In this document: positions 1 through 11,800 of the stretch, one piece after another
How the letters are laid out: each line of letters opens with the position of its first letter
Position numbering within the stretch: the first letter of the stretch is position 1
From: Tubiluchus corallicola
Lineage: Eukaryota; Animalia; Priapulida
Reading direction: 5' to 3'
Length of the DNA stretch: 64,000 nucleotides
Assembly: GCA_030141605.1 (NCBI GenBank)
Contig: JAQGDQ010000053.1
Location: 496,001-560,000, forward strand
The notes under the pieces: generated by a model
What the model was told of the DNA's origin: nothing
Seen by the model: the letters and a program-made list of their open reading frames with translations, nothing else
The model's database searches: none
Program-made: the position numbers and the translations under genes

Positions 1-146
1 TTAGCTAGTTTAGAATAAAACTTGAAAACGTAGTAAGTAGTGCTCGCAAGTAGTACCAAAATTCTTGCATTGTGGCATCTTTTGCACTTTGAAACCTTAC
101 CTGAATGAGTGTTTTTTTTTGAAAATTTGAAATAAGCAGAGTTGAC

Positions 147-3100
147 TTGGGTACTGGTAATAATGGCAATACTCCCGAGGTTAATTCTAATATAGCAGTG
201 CTGGTAATAAGCTTAAGAACTTCTAGTGAACAAGAATCATCAAGAGAAGGGAGTGTGTACAGGGATACAAGCAGTGATACCGAAGAAATAGAGGAGGAAA
301 TGAGTCAAAGTGGAGAATTGAGTGGACATGAGAGGCATGACATAGTAGAGTACTGGACATAGTAGAGTACTGTGCAGAATGTGGCGAAATTTGTGGGTTC
401 AAAGGAGCTTTTCAGTGTGAGGAACAGAAGTGTAAAACATGGATTCATTATAAATGTAGTGGGCTACCTCCTTATAGTATACTAGTTTTGGAGGGCACTG
501 TCCGAAAATTTTCTTGTCCTAAGTGCTCAATTGAAAAGGTACCGCTAGGAAAATTGGCCAAAGGCAAAAAACGAGAAGAAAGGCTGGAAGAAATTAAAAC
601 AATAGTAGGAGAAACACCAGTGACACTAAGATGGCTAGTGAGGTCCAGAGTTTAGCAGAGAAGGTTAAGGAATTAGCAGTACATAATATACAACTGGGAG
701 AGAAAGTAAGTAAACAGGAAGAGGAAATTGCAGACCTCACAAAAAAGTTTGCAATTTGCGGGCTTGAAACAGACAAGGCAAGTGAAGAAAAATCGAAAAT
801 AAAGACTGAAATAAAGCAGCTTTAAGCAAGATTTACGAGTCGAATGCGAGGGTTGCGAACGACTAATTATAAATAATGAGCAAATGGGTGAAGAGATTAA
901 AATAACTGTAGCTAATAATAGTACCCTTAGAAAAGACATAGAAAACAAACAAAGGCAAAATGAAACACTTGAAGAAGAAAATAACCAGCTATGCTTAGAA
1001 GTGGATGGCATTCAGAAAAAGTGGCTAGAAGATAAGAAGGAAAAGGAAGCACAAGTGACAGAAATACGTGATTTGCAAAAAAAAGGCTATTCTCTCCCCT
1101 GACAATGACAATGACCAAGTTAAGGAATTGGTCAAACTAAGAGAAACCATAAAACACTTAAATGAGTATGTAACATTGTTAAAAGGAAAAAGCAGTCTCT
1201 TGATTTCTGTGAAAGATACAGAAGAGAATGTAGACAGAATGGCAGAAGTATCCAAAAGAAACAAAAGTGATAACATCACAGAAAGAATGCAGCCATGTAC
1301 TACTAATCAAAGCAAAAAGTTAGATAAGAAACAAATATACCGGAATTTTGAAAAATAGGGTAGCTGCAGATTTCGGTCCAGTTGCAGATACGTTCATGAA
1401 ACTAGGAATGTTGGAATAACCAAACACCAGTAGAAAAAGGAGTACCTCCATTCTGTTTGCGATATGAAGAGACAGGAACATGTACATAGGGATTAAGATG
1501 TAAATTCCATCATGGATATACAGATTTTGAGAACAAGTTGTATGCGGAAGGTAGATACATACCTTCTTATGAAAGAAATAAGATGACTAATTGACAAAAT
1601 TATATGACATGTCATAACAGCATGAGTGGAAATAGAATGGCTGCAAAAATAGGAATTTCTAGATGAAATCATATGGAAACTAAGGAGAGTTAACAGATTT
1701 GCATAGAAAAATGGGTTTTTTATTACAGAGGGGAGATCAGTAGAAGATTATCAACAGAAAGGATTTCAGTGTTATGTAATGCAAGATCAGGAAATGAACA
1801 ACATTCAAAGCAGGGGAAGCGTAATAATACCGAGCGAGAACTGGAGCCATTTGACATGCAACAAGCACAATCAAGTATGAATTCAAGCATTCTGGTCTGA
1901 CAGAGAGTTGCAGCTCAGGGTCCAACAGTCCCGACTCAGTAACAAAAAATTGCAAAATATAAATAATAGTAAAAAAGTGAAAAACAATAAAAAAAGAAAA
2001 ACGACAAATAAACTTTTTACTAGGATTTCATAATGTACAAGGTTTGATTAAATAAAATAAGAAAACAGAAATGGTTGAGTGGTTAAAAGAAAAAAACATA
2101 GATATTATGTTTACAGTGGAAACCTGGTTAAGAGGCGATGCAGTGTTTGGGGGTAACATGCATCCCTACTCTTGTAAGTTTATAAGTCGAGAGGGTAACG
2201 CCAAAAAAGGAGGAGGTATAGGAGTTTTTTCAAAGGAAAGCTCAAAAAAGGATATAAAATATATAGTAATCGACCAAGCAGTAGAACGTGAAATTTGTTT
2301 CATAGAATGGAATGAATGGGTCTTTGGAGTTGTCTATTTAGGTGTGAATAAAGAAGAAAACAGATTGGTGAATATAAAAATTATGAGTGAAATTGGAAGA
2401 ATATGTTTTGATTATAATAAAAAACATATTTTGATACGGGGTGACTTCAATGCACATATACAAGAATTGGCTGGCGAAGATAACGAAAATGGCAAATTAT
2501 TAACAAATTTCTGTGAAATGTATGGAAATGTGAGCACTATTAAATAGTGAGTGGCCATAGCTGGATGACTTCACTTGGACGATATAGTTCAACAATTGAC
2601 TATGCATTAGTAAATGATTCAGGTTTCCATTCTATAAAAAACTGTGAAGTGGTATGGGAGAGTGGTGCGTGTTCTGATCATGCAGCTCTGGTGGTAAGCA
2701 TCAAATCAAGCCGGTACATAAGCATTAAGTATAAAAAACTCCTGAATGAAGGAGTAAGAAAGAAATAGAAATTTATTAAAGATATAGATTGGGATCTGTT
2801 TCAAAATATGGTGGAAGAAAAGGCAGTTAAAGAGAAAAAAGGGTTGTCTGTCATACTAGTAGAAGTAGCTGAGAAAGTAATAGGCAGGAGGACACCACGA
2901 AAGGAAAGAGAAGTAGAATAAATGCCCCATGGTTCGACAAAGAGATTAGATTAGTGTGAGTTGCATTAAAAAACTGGAGTAAAGCAAAAAAACAAAATAG
3001 AGTAGAGGATACAAGCTTTTTGTAGGAAAAATATACAGTTTGTAAGCGAAAAACTAAAATACTGGTTGCAGAGAAAAGCACTGCATGGGCAACAAAATGG

Positions 3101-4228
3101 ATGAAAGAAGTAGAGCAAGAAGATAGATATAAAAGAAAATTCTGGAGACACTTTAAAGACATAACAAAGAGAAAGCAGGGAACTGTAAGTGGAGAAGAGA
3201 ACTTATTTTTGTTTTCTGATGCAGGAGAAAAAATAACTGATGGAAATAAAATTTCACAAGAAATAATTAAGAAGTGGGGATCGCTTTTTCAGTTAAAAAC
3301 TCATGCTCAGATACTAAGTAAAGAGATGGATGAAAATGATATGCCATTGAAAGATATCGAACTTATGTACATGATCAGCAATGAAGAATTAGACAGGGCA
3401 CTGACAAGTATAAAAAGTGGTAAAGCATATGGAGTGACTCACAGAATTCGATCAAAATGGCTGCAAAGAATCAGACATTTGGGGGATAAATTTGGGCTTC
3501 TGGTATTTGGCAATATGGCATTAAATAGGGGAATTATATATTTAATATATAGGGGAATTAAATGAGGTAGGTCTGAATAAAATTTAAGAGAAACATTTGG
3601 GTGAAAAAGCATGGGATGTGCATATAGAGAAAGCTATAGCTGAAACGGGAATGAAAACTTATGTAAATGTTCGACAGTGGAAAAATATAGAGATTGCAAA
3701 AGTTGTCTGTCGTTTGAACCCTGGATGAACGATAAATGGGGTGCAGAATTGCTTGTCAAAGCTAGGGTTGTGCATTAGAAGTATTGGGAAATCCCTTGTA
3801 TGCTTGGAAAGTAGATTAGCACATTACCACAGTTTCAAGTAAAGATATTGAAACTGCAGAACACATAATATTAAGTTGTGAATTTTACACACAGATGAGA
3901 AGCAAAGTCCCTTGGCACAAAGTAACTGACAAAGAATGCTTGAGATGGCTATTATTTTGAGAGGGCAAAATTTATGCAGTCTGCCTACTGAAGGACATAA
4001 TGATCAAAAGAAGAAGCATTGTGATTGTTTAACTTTAAAGCTGAAAAGATAAAGAGTAATATATATTTAGCTCTGCGTAACGGCTGTATAACATTTATAA
4101 ACCCAAATTTTGTTTTGCAGTGCCTTAGCGTTTTTGAGTAGAAAATTAGCCTAGTAATACAATATACATTGCTACTCGCCCTGATATAAAAGGGATTTAG
4201 GCACCAGACAGATGGATGGGTGAATGAG
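147..4228 (+). mobile_element. Degenerate non-LTR retrotransposon (LINE, APE-type). ORF1 has PHD, coiled coil and 2 CCCH fingers; ORF2 has an AP endonuclease, a deleted RT core and a retained C-terminus
   Basis: ORF1 PHD at 371-526 (CAEC..CEEQKC..HYKC..CPKC), E/K/Q-rich coiled-coil fragments at 631-1358, CCCH motifs at ~1338-1397 and 1454-1513. ORF2 APE motifs: GFHNVQGL (~2023), ETWL, GGGIG, VYL, GDFNAH, TIDY, SDH. These are followed by APWFDKEI, KFWRHFK, ISNEELDRALTSIKSGKAYG and a C-terminal ETAEHIILSCEFY (~3851). Many stops and frameshifts. Both ends are approximate. Confidence 0.88.
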
Positions 4229-5851
4229 GATTTGTGCATACTTAATGTGAAAGGAAAATTGAGCAAAGCAAACTTCGGCTAGCTGAGTAACCAAATATTC
4301 CACAAATTATATCAAGTATACCAGAGATGGGTGGATAGCAGTTTTGCGGTCATGTGGCTGCAGAACCCGCACTAATTTTGCAGATAGTGAACTGTGTGCA
4401 CATATGCAGACATTGGCTCGATTCTCTTCACCACCAGTGGCGAGCAAACAGACGTCAATAAAAAGTGTCTGTTTGCGAGATCAACAGCACGATCAACTTG
4501 TTTTACGAATTATGCCAAATATCTTTTATGTCAACTTGCCTTTACTGTTCACTCGCTTTAATTATATTTTTAGTTTCAACAGCTCGTTAATGTACATCCT
4601 AGTCAGTAATAATTTATCTATGTTCAATTCACTTATATCTTATATCTTCACCGTATCTGGACTGCAGATTTTTAATGGTTAAAATTGTGGGTTTTATGCG
4701 AAATTACAGCATGCAAACACACTGATATTATCTTCCAGATTGTATTGTTAGCGTCACCACCTACTTGAAAATTCAAAATATATAAAGCATCCAGAGAAGA
4801 TCGGAGGGTAAAAAGCGGCCATTTATGCTTAACCCCTATCCATGTTGTAAGTTGTAAACTCAAGTGCAAGATGTAAATTTTCAATAGTTTGCACAAAAAG
4901 TTTACCCAATTTCAGTACAATTTTTGTTTTGTTAAACATTCCCTTGTGCATTAAAAGGCTTGGTGCCACCTTAAATGCCTTTCATCACTATAATTTAAGA
5001 TGTCCTTATTACCTCTTGCTTTTTTTGCTGCTTGCTGATATTTTATCTGTAAATTCCTAGATGCAAAACATTGCTTATAATTACAAATATTAGCTTTTTT
5101 ACTCGAGCCTATTATAGTTTGTGTGTGGTGTGATAGGAATGATATTGGGATGATGTATGTACATCATGCAACATGAGTTGTCGTTGAGGATTTATAAGCA
5201 AAATTTCTTTGCAGGATCTGGCTGGCAATTTGTTATTGACTAGTGACTATAACTCCTAACTTCATACAGAAAATGATTCTTAACAATAAGGCACGCATAG
5301 CAAGTCTAGTTTTTCCCAACATTTTTGCGAATTTCGCGGTTGTGGATAAATGAGAAAGTGATAACTGCACATCTCTGAAGTATATTGACAGAATTAAAAA
5401 TTAAAACACCAAATTTAAGCAACGTGAAAATATATTATTAATGTGATTGTGGATTGTTTGCTGCATAATAATATTAATACTGTGCCAGTATAATTTTAGA
5501 GATAATTATTTTAGTGATTAGCTGATCAGTATTTTTGGTTTGCGAGCTGATCAGTTTTGTTATTCATGCTGACAACAAAAATACTTCTGTTTCCATCTAA
5601 TCACCTGGGTGTTAATTCTTCTTCTGCCATTACTTAGTTTGTAGGTTAAATGTCTTTTTTTTTCAATGTATGGCTGGTGTTTTACATATATGTCTATTTT
5701 TGTATGTGTATGTTTATGATCATCTTGTATCTGCATTGGCTTGTATAGATGTGAGATACCTATGCTGCTTATTTGGAGTCTTAGCTGTATTCAAATTTAG
5801 GCTTGGGAAAAAATAGTTTTTTGCTTGCTACATTTCTGTTTCTCCTTATAG

Positions 5852-8800
5852 ATGAATCTGATTTTCGTAACATGGTTGTCTGGTTGGAAGACCAGAAAAT
5901 TAGACATTACAGAATCGAAGATAGGGCAAAGTTGAGGAACATCGATGACACAGAATGGCAAAAAACCCTTAATCAGGTAATGTTATTAGAATGTGATATA
6001 ACTATGAGCATAATAAACATATTAAACATTCTAGTCTACTTGCATTTTGTGTAATTAGTGTACTTCATATGTGGTTTATCAATTTTTCAGTACCTGAATG
6101 ACATGGAATGTCCAGTAGTTTCGTTAGACAAGTATACAATCATGGACTGGTTAATTAGTTATGCAGTTAAATTAGAATATGGAGACAATGGTAAGTTTAT
6201 TGGCTAGCATTACATGCAATATCCATTTGTATACTAATGTTAGCTTTTGGATTTATATATAGGCGGTGCAAAAAATGTGCGGAAGTTTTGATTATGATAG
6301 TGAAAGAAGAAAGTAATGGAATCCATTGAAAATTGCCATACTGATTGCAGACACTTGTGTGTAAACAAAAATTTTAAGTTTAAGATACGGAAGTTTTAAA
6401 ACCATAAGTTAAAAAATAAGCGCCTGTAAAAACTTCGTAGGTCACTGATTATTTAACATTGCTAAAATTTACAGCAAGTGCTCTGTGTATCCCTCATTTT
6501 CACTGCAGCTAGATGAAGGCGTTTGCTCCAACAGCTTGTACAGTTTTTCACTTCTTTAAAATGTATTTTGTCCTAGCATTCAATAATTTTTGCTTTTAGT
6601 TCCTCTGCATTAAATGGCTCTGTGCGGCCACACGACACTTTCTCTTACATGGAATGATATTTCATTTGTTTAGCCTTTTGTTCATCTGGTTGCATGGCTT
6701 GTCCATTTTCAGGGTCACTGAGTAAGTGGAAACACTGCAAATGTTGATATACTGTAATTTTGAACACTTGATCAGCACTGAGTTTAAAGTGAAGACCTGC
6801 CAAACTGTGCTTTTACTGAAAGTAGATGGCTCTAAATTTTTTGCAGACTTTTCTGTGGCAATAGAGCTTTCTTTGGGTGCTACTTGCTGCAAAGAACCAC
6901 ACCTTGAAGATTGCTGGTATCGCTTGCATTACAAGCATGGTGGCATAAAAACTTTATATAAGAGATACTTTCGTAAATTTCTGAGGAGTTTAATAGTAAT
7001 CCTTAAAATTCTTTAAAAAATTGAGACTCTTCGGGTAATTATGTTAAGTATATTTTTTACCCACTCTAATTTTTTTCACAGCTGGTAGTTTACACAGAGA
7101 AAAATAGAACTGCAACAGTGCAAAAATCCAACATGGGTTCTGCCCAAGATCCGAATCCATTAAAATTACTCGGGATCCATTTACGGTGCATCCCTCTTAT
7201 ATATTGTTTATTTTTATATTACATGTACGCTGTTTATGACTTATGAGCTGTGCAAAAATTTATTATTTGTTGGCAAGTACTTGTTGCTGATGAAAACTCA
7301 GTGTGGTACTTTTTGGTTTTTTATTTCCTGTAATAATAATTTTGAAGGCAACAGGCATAAATGAGGGGTTGTGGCATGCTCTGTGCTCTTAATGACATGA
7401 GTTAAGCAGTTCCAAGCCTGTTCAGTAACAAAGGCGATGCCTGCCTGAAGACTGCTTCCATTTTGTTTTATCATTTTAATTGTCCTCAGCATTAATTCGT
7501 TGAGTGGCATGCCAGAGATATATAGTAGTATTGTATACATGGTTAAGATATATCTGCTGCTTTTTTGTCAAATTTTATAGAGTATTATTCTTGAAGACAA
7601 ATTTGATTTCAGTCAATCCTCTAGTTTTGAGTGCTGAATCCTAACTTGCTCTTGCCAAATGCTAGAGTATTAAAAACCTAAAAACTTGCAAAGATTGTTT
7701 TAAAACCAGTTTGCTTTGTTCCTTACCAAGCAGTATAACAGATTGGCCTGACACAATTCTGGTACATGTGAAATGACTGTTCCATCTTGAAAAGTTTCTA
7801 AAATTATAGCAGTGTCAATTTAATAGCTGGTATGATCGTCCAAGTAAATAGTCACACTATAAGTTATATGAACCAAGTTTAAGTGTCTGATTTCTGATAT
7901 TCGTTCAAATGAATTGGTAAAGATAGCAAGTTCTGTCCCATCGTGTGGTGATCATTTATTAAGAAATTGTTTTCGTTTTTTATTTTCTGTTTTTTTATTG
8001 TTTCAATACATTATGTACAGTCATACCTCTGTTTTTGAACGTCTCAGTACTGGTACAAATTGGTTTTCGGCCAGAAAATTCGAATTGAAATTGTCTCCGT
8101 TCTCGACCAGAATTTCGCTACTCGACCAACCGCTCAGTACGTGATGAACACATGCGTGCGAGCCGAGTAGAGCCGAGCATAATCGACCACGCGCGAGAGT
8201 AGTCACACGTGTTTCTGCTCTTGCTTACGTATACCATCACACTGCTACCAACATGTAAGGTTTTTTCATGCAGAAATAATTATGTTTTTCTTTCTAAGGA
8301 ATTCTATTATGTTTTTCTTATCAATAATATCACATTTACTGTTTGAATAAGAATTTTTGCATTATTATATTTTGTTTTAGTGATACTTTACGGTTCATTT
8401 GGTGCTTGAGAATGGATTATTTGCTTTTACATTATTTCTTATGGAAATAAATGATTTGGTCTCGACCAAATCGGTTTTCAAACACTTTTTAGGAACGAAT
8501 TATGGTCGAAAACCGAGGTATGACTGCATGTATGTGTGTGTGTGTGTGCATGCACATATATATATGTACAGTATTTATATATATATATATATGTATATAC
8601 AATATATACAGTATTTTTATATATATATATGTATATATATGTACATATATGTACAGTATATATACATATGCAAAATAGTTGAATTAATTAACTTTGGAAA
8701 TTCTTTAAGTTGGGAACACTCTATAAGTCTCGCTTAAAACACGTCCGCGTGGTACACAAACCGACGTATATTGTTTTCTTTAGTGGAAAAATACAAGATT

Positions 8801-11800
8801 ATAACGGCTGACCATATAGAAACACAGAAACTTGACGAGCCTAAAGTCCAGTCATCAAATCCACTAGACAATATTGACTGTAAGTATGAGAAAGAGGGCA
8901 TGACATTTTCGAATTTTCTTATTTCAATTGTTATTTGCTATAAACACCTTCTAGATTATTGCGTACCATCATGAAGCTCATATTTTTTGCTTAAACATGC
9001 TTTTCTTTTTTAAAATACAAGAAAACCCTTCACTTAATAAAGCTTAAAGAACTTGTCTTGAAATATTGTACCCTACGTGCTGTCTTATTTTATACAGGGT
9101 TTACATTAGCAGCAACGCTGTATAAAACTTGAAAATTTCAAACTCCCACGATGACCGTTAGGCGCAACCATTTTCATGATAAGTTATTTGAAATAAATTT
9201 AGATAACACTGTGTAAAGTTTAAAAAATAATCAGAGCATTTATAATGCGCAATTCACTAACTAAACAAAATTTTAAATTAATATATCTTGTCAAAAAGAT
9301 AAAAATACGATTTTTTTGGTGAGTGAGTGGCAACCCCCGGGAGTTGAGTCAATGACATTTTACCAATTGGCACGAGCACTTTAAATTAAGAATTGTCTTT
9401 TCTAGTCACACACAGTCTTTCAGGCAAGTAAGCATAAAGCCAAATAGTACAACTTTGCCTAGACATTTTTTTACATAGTTTAATATTGCCTTTTCTTCCC
9501 CTGCTTTATGTTGTGCATAGGTGACGTCACGTAATTTTGCGGCCTGAACAGTATCGCGGGAGATTTAACAAAAACAAACAAAAATTCGTTTTAATGCGAA
9601 CGCTATATACGGTTAAAATTGCTATAAACTAATATAATTTTTTATGGCGATTTTTCTGAAACCTACTTCAGGAACCCATTTTCTTGTCCTTTAAGGAGCA
9701 TACTCTTGTTTGTGCAATATTACAACATGCAATTTGAAATGCAAATTTTTGTTAAAACTGCTTTAAAAATTAGATATCATTAAAATGACAGTTGACTCAA
9801 GCCAAAGGTTTCCTGTAACCAACGTATGCTGTAACTGTGGGTTAAATACATACCAGTCATATGAAATATCAGCAAAATATGATTGCTTCAGCACTCGGCG
9901 TTTGCAACAAAAGCTTGTTTGCGTTTTTGATGGATCAACAACAGACACTTAATGATGACTTGATATACTTATTTACATAACTGATAAATAAATTTTGAAA
10001 TTCGTGTGCGATGTGATACTAGCTTATCCATATGTAATTGTTGTCTTGGTAAGTGAAGGAGCTTTATCCTGTTATATTTGTACCATTATTTTGGCCCAGT
10101 AATCGTACGATAAGAAACAAAAATAATGCTTATGACTTAATTTCGTTAAAATATGGATGTCGAGCTTTCATTATGTATGAATGCAATACACACTTCATAA
10201 ATTGAAAACTGCCTAATGTGGAGTAAGTACTTTTATTAAACAGCGACAGTTTCCACAACATAACATTTCTGACTGAATTTTATAAGTACTTGGATACCAA
10301 ACGCATTTTGAGTGACATCGTATCAAGTTAGTTAAGTATCACTGTATCCCTAATAATAATGTGACTGTTATTGTTTCATTTATCAATGTATTATGTATGG
10401 TGTACTTGACTAAATAGCATTTTTTCAGTGCACATCATTGTTTAATTAACAAGTATTTGCAATATCATTTTAGTTCAAGATCCAGATTTTAAAGCGGGTA
10501 TTACTTCACTAGCGCAGATTCTGCAGGTACCACGGCATCCTGATCACCTTGTTACATTAAAGGTAATTTTTTGAACTATTATTTTTAGTTCTTTTGAAAA
10601 AACGAGATAGATTCTACAGAATGTCATGACCAAATTTAAATTATTCTTGTTCAGAAAGTTTATGAACAATTAGTTTGTACTGTACTGCTTATAAATGTGT
10701 ATAGCAAGTTAACCTTATACAGGAATATTGTTATTCAGTTTGTCTGCGAATTGAAAACCATTAATCCAATTTCTTTTTCCTAAACTTTGCAGGCTTTAAG
10801 TAAACTAATTAAAGAACGATTGTCTCCTGAAGCTATAGTATCAATGAAAGCTAATGCATCCGATAAGGTAAGCACCATATTTTATGTCATCAGCATTTGT
10901 TTCCTTGCGAGTGATTTTATCTAATTACCGCTTGTTTTGCTTTTTGCGTCGAGCTTTTTATACTTACAATATAGATTGCACTGCAAATTAGATTATTGTG
11001 TTGTATGCACCTCCTGCCACGTTTTCTGAGTGAGATAAATTTGATGAGGACTTAGTAAGTGTGTTGTGTGACTGTACAAAAAAAATGACTAAATTATGCA
11101 TTAAGTTTTTGCTTGCTAACTTATGTATAGCTTTATTCAACTACACAACTGAGTTTCAAACATTTGTTTACACTCGACTGTTAATGGCATTATAAATAAG
11201 AAGTACAAATTAGCCTGAATTTCCCACAACATTTTGCTTTACATTAATTTTGTTAATTAGTGGAAGTGCATTTGATTTTGTCTGTAGTTAATCGTAGATT
11301 TTACTTCTTTGAACTTTAATCACAGTTTTCACCCCTGATGCTTCGGGCAAACTTGGCACATATTTTTGGGCTTTAAAAGTACATTGTAATAATCAGTATT
11401 TAATGTGTACTGATCACTTTATTGGTATGTTTTTCCTTTTAGGAGTCCAAGGATTTACCTATGGATCAATGTGTATTAGGATTTGAAACTGGAGGTTTGT
11501 GTTAACCAACTAAAATGAAATAAAATTTATGTAGTATACATGGTAGCTTACAAAGTAACTTGTAATTTATTATTTCAGTACTCTCTGGCAGTGGTTTATT
11601 CTGCATAATGTTTTTGAAATTTTTGTTCCAACTTCTTTGCAAGAAGTTTTGACTGTGATGTGCCATATTAAACATGCAAAAATAACTAAATTCCAAGCTT
11701 ATTAAAGAAAATACATTAAAACAAAATAACAAAAATTAATGTCTTTGTCAGTATTTTAGCATTGTTCTTCTCACCTCCTTTTAAAATTTAAACTGAAATC

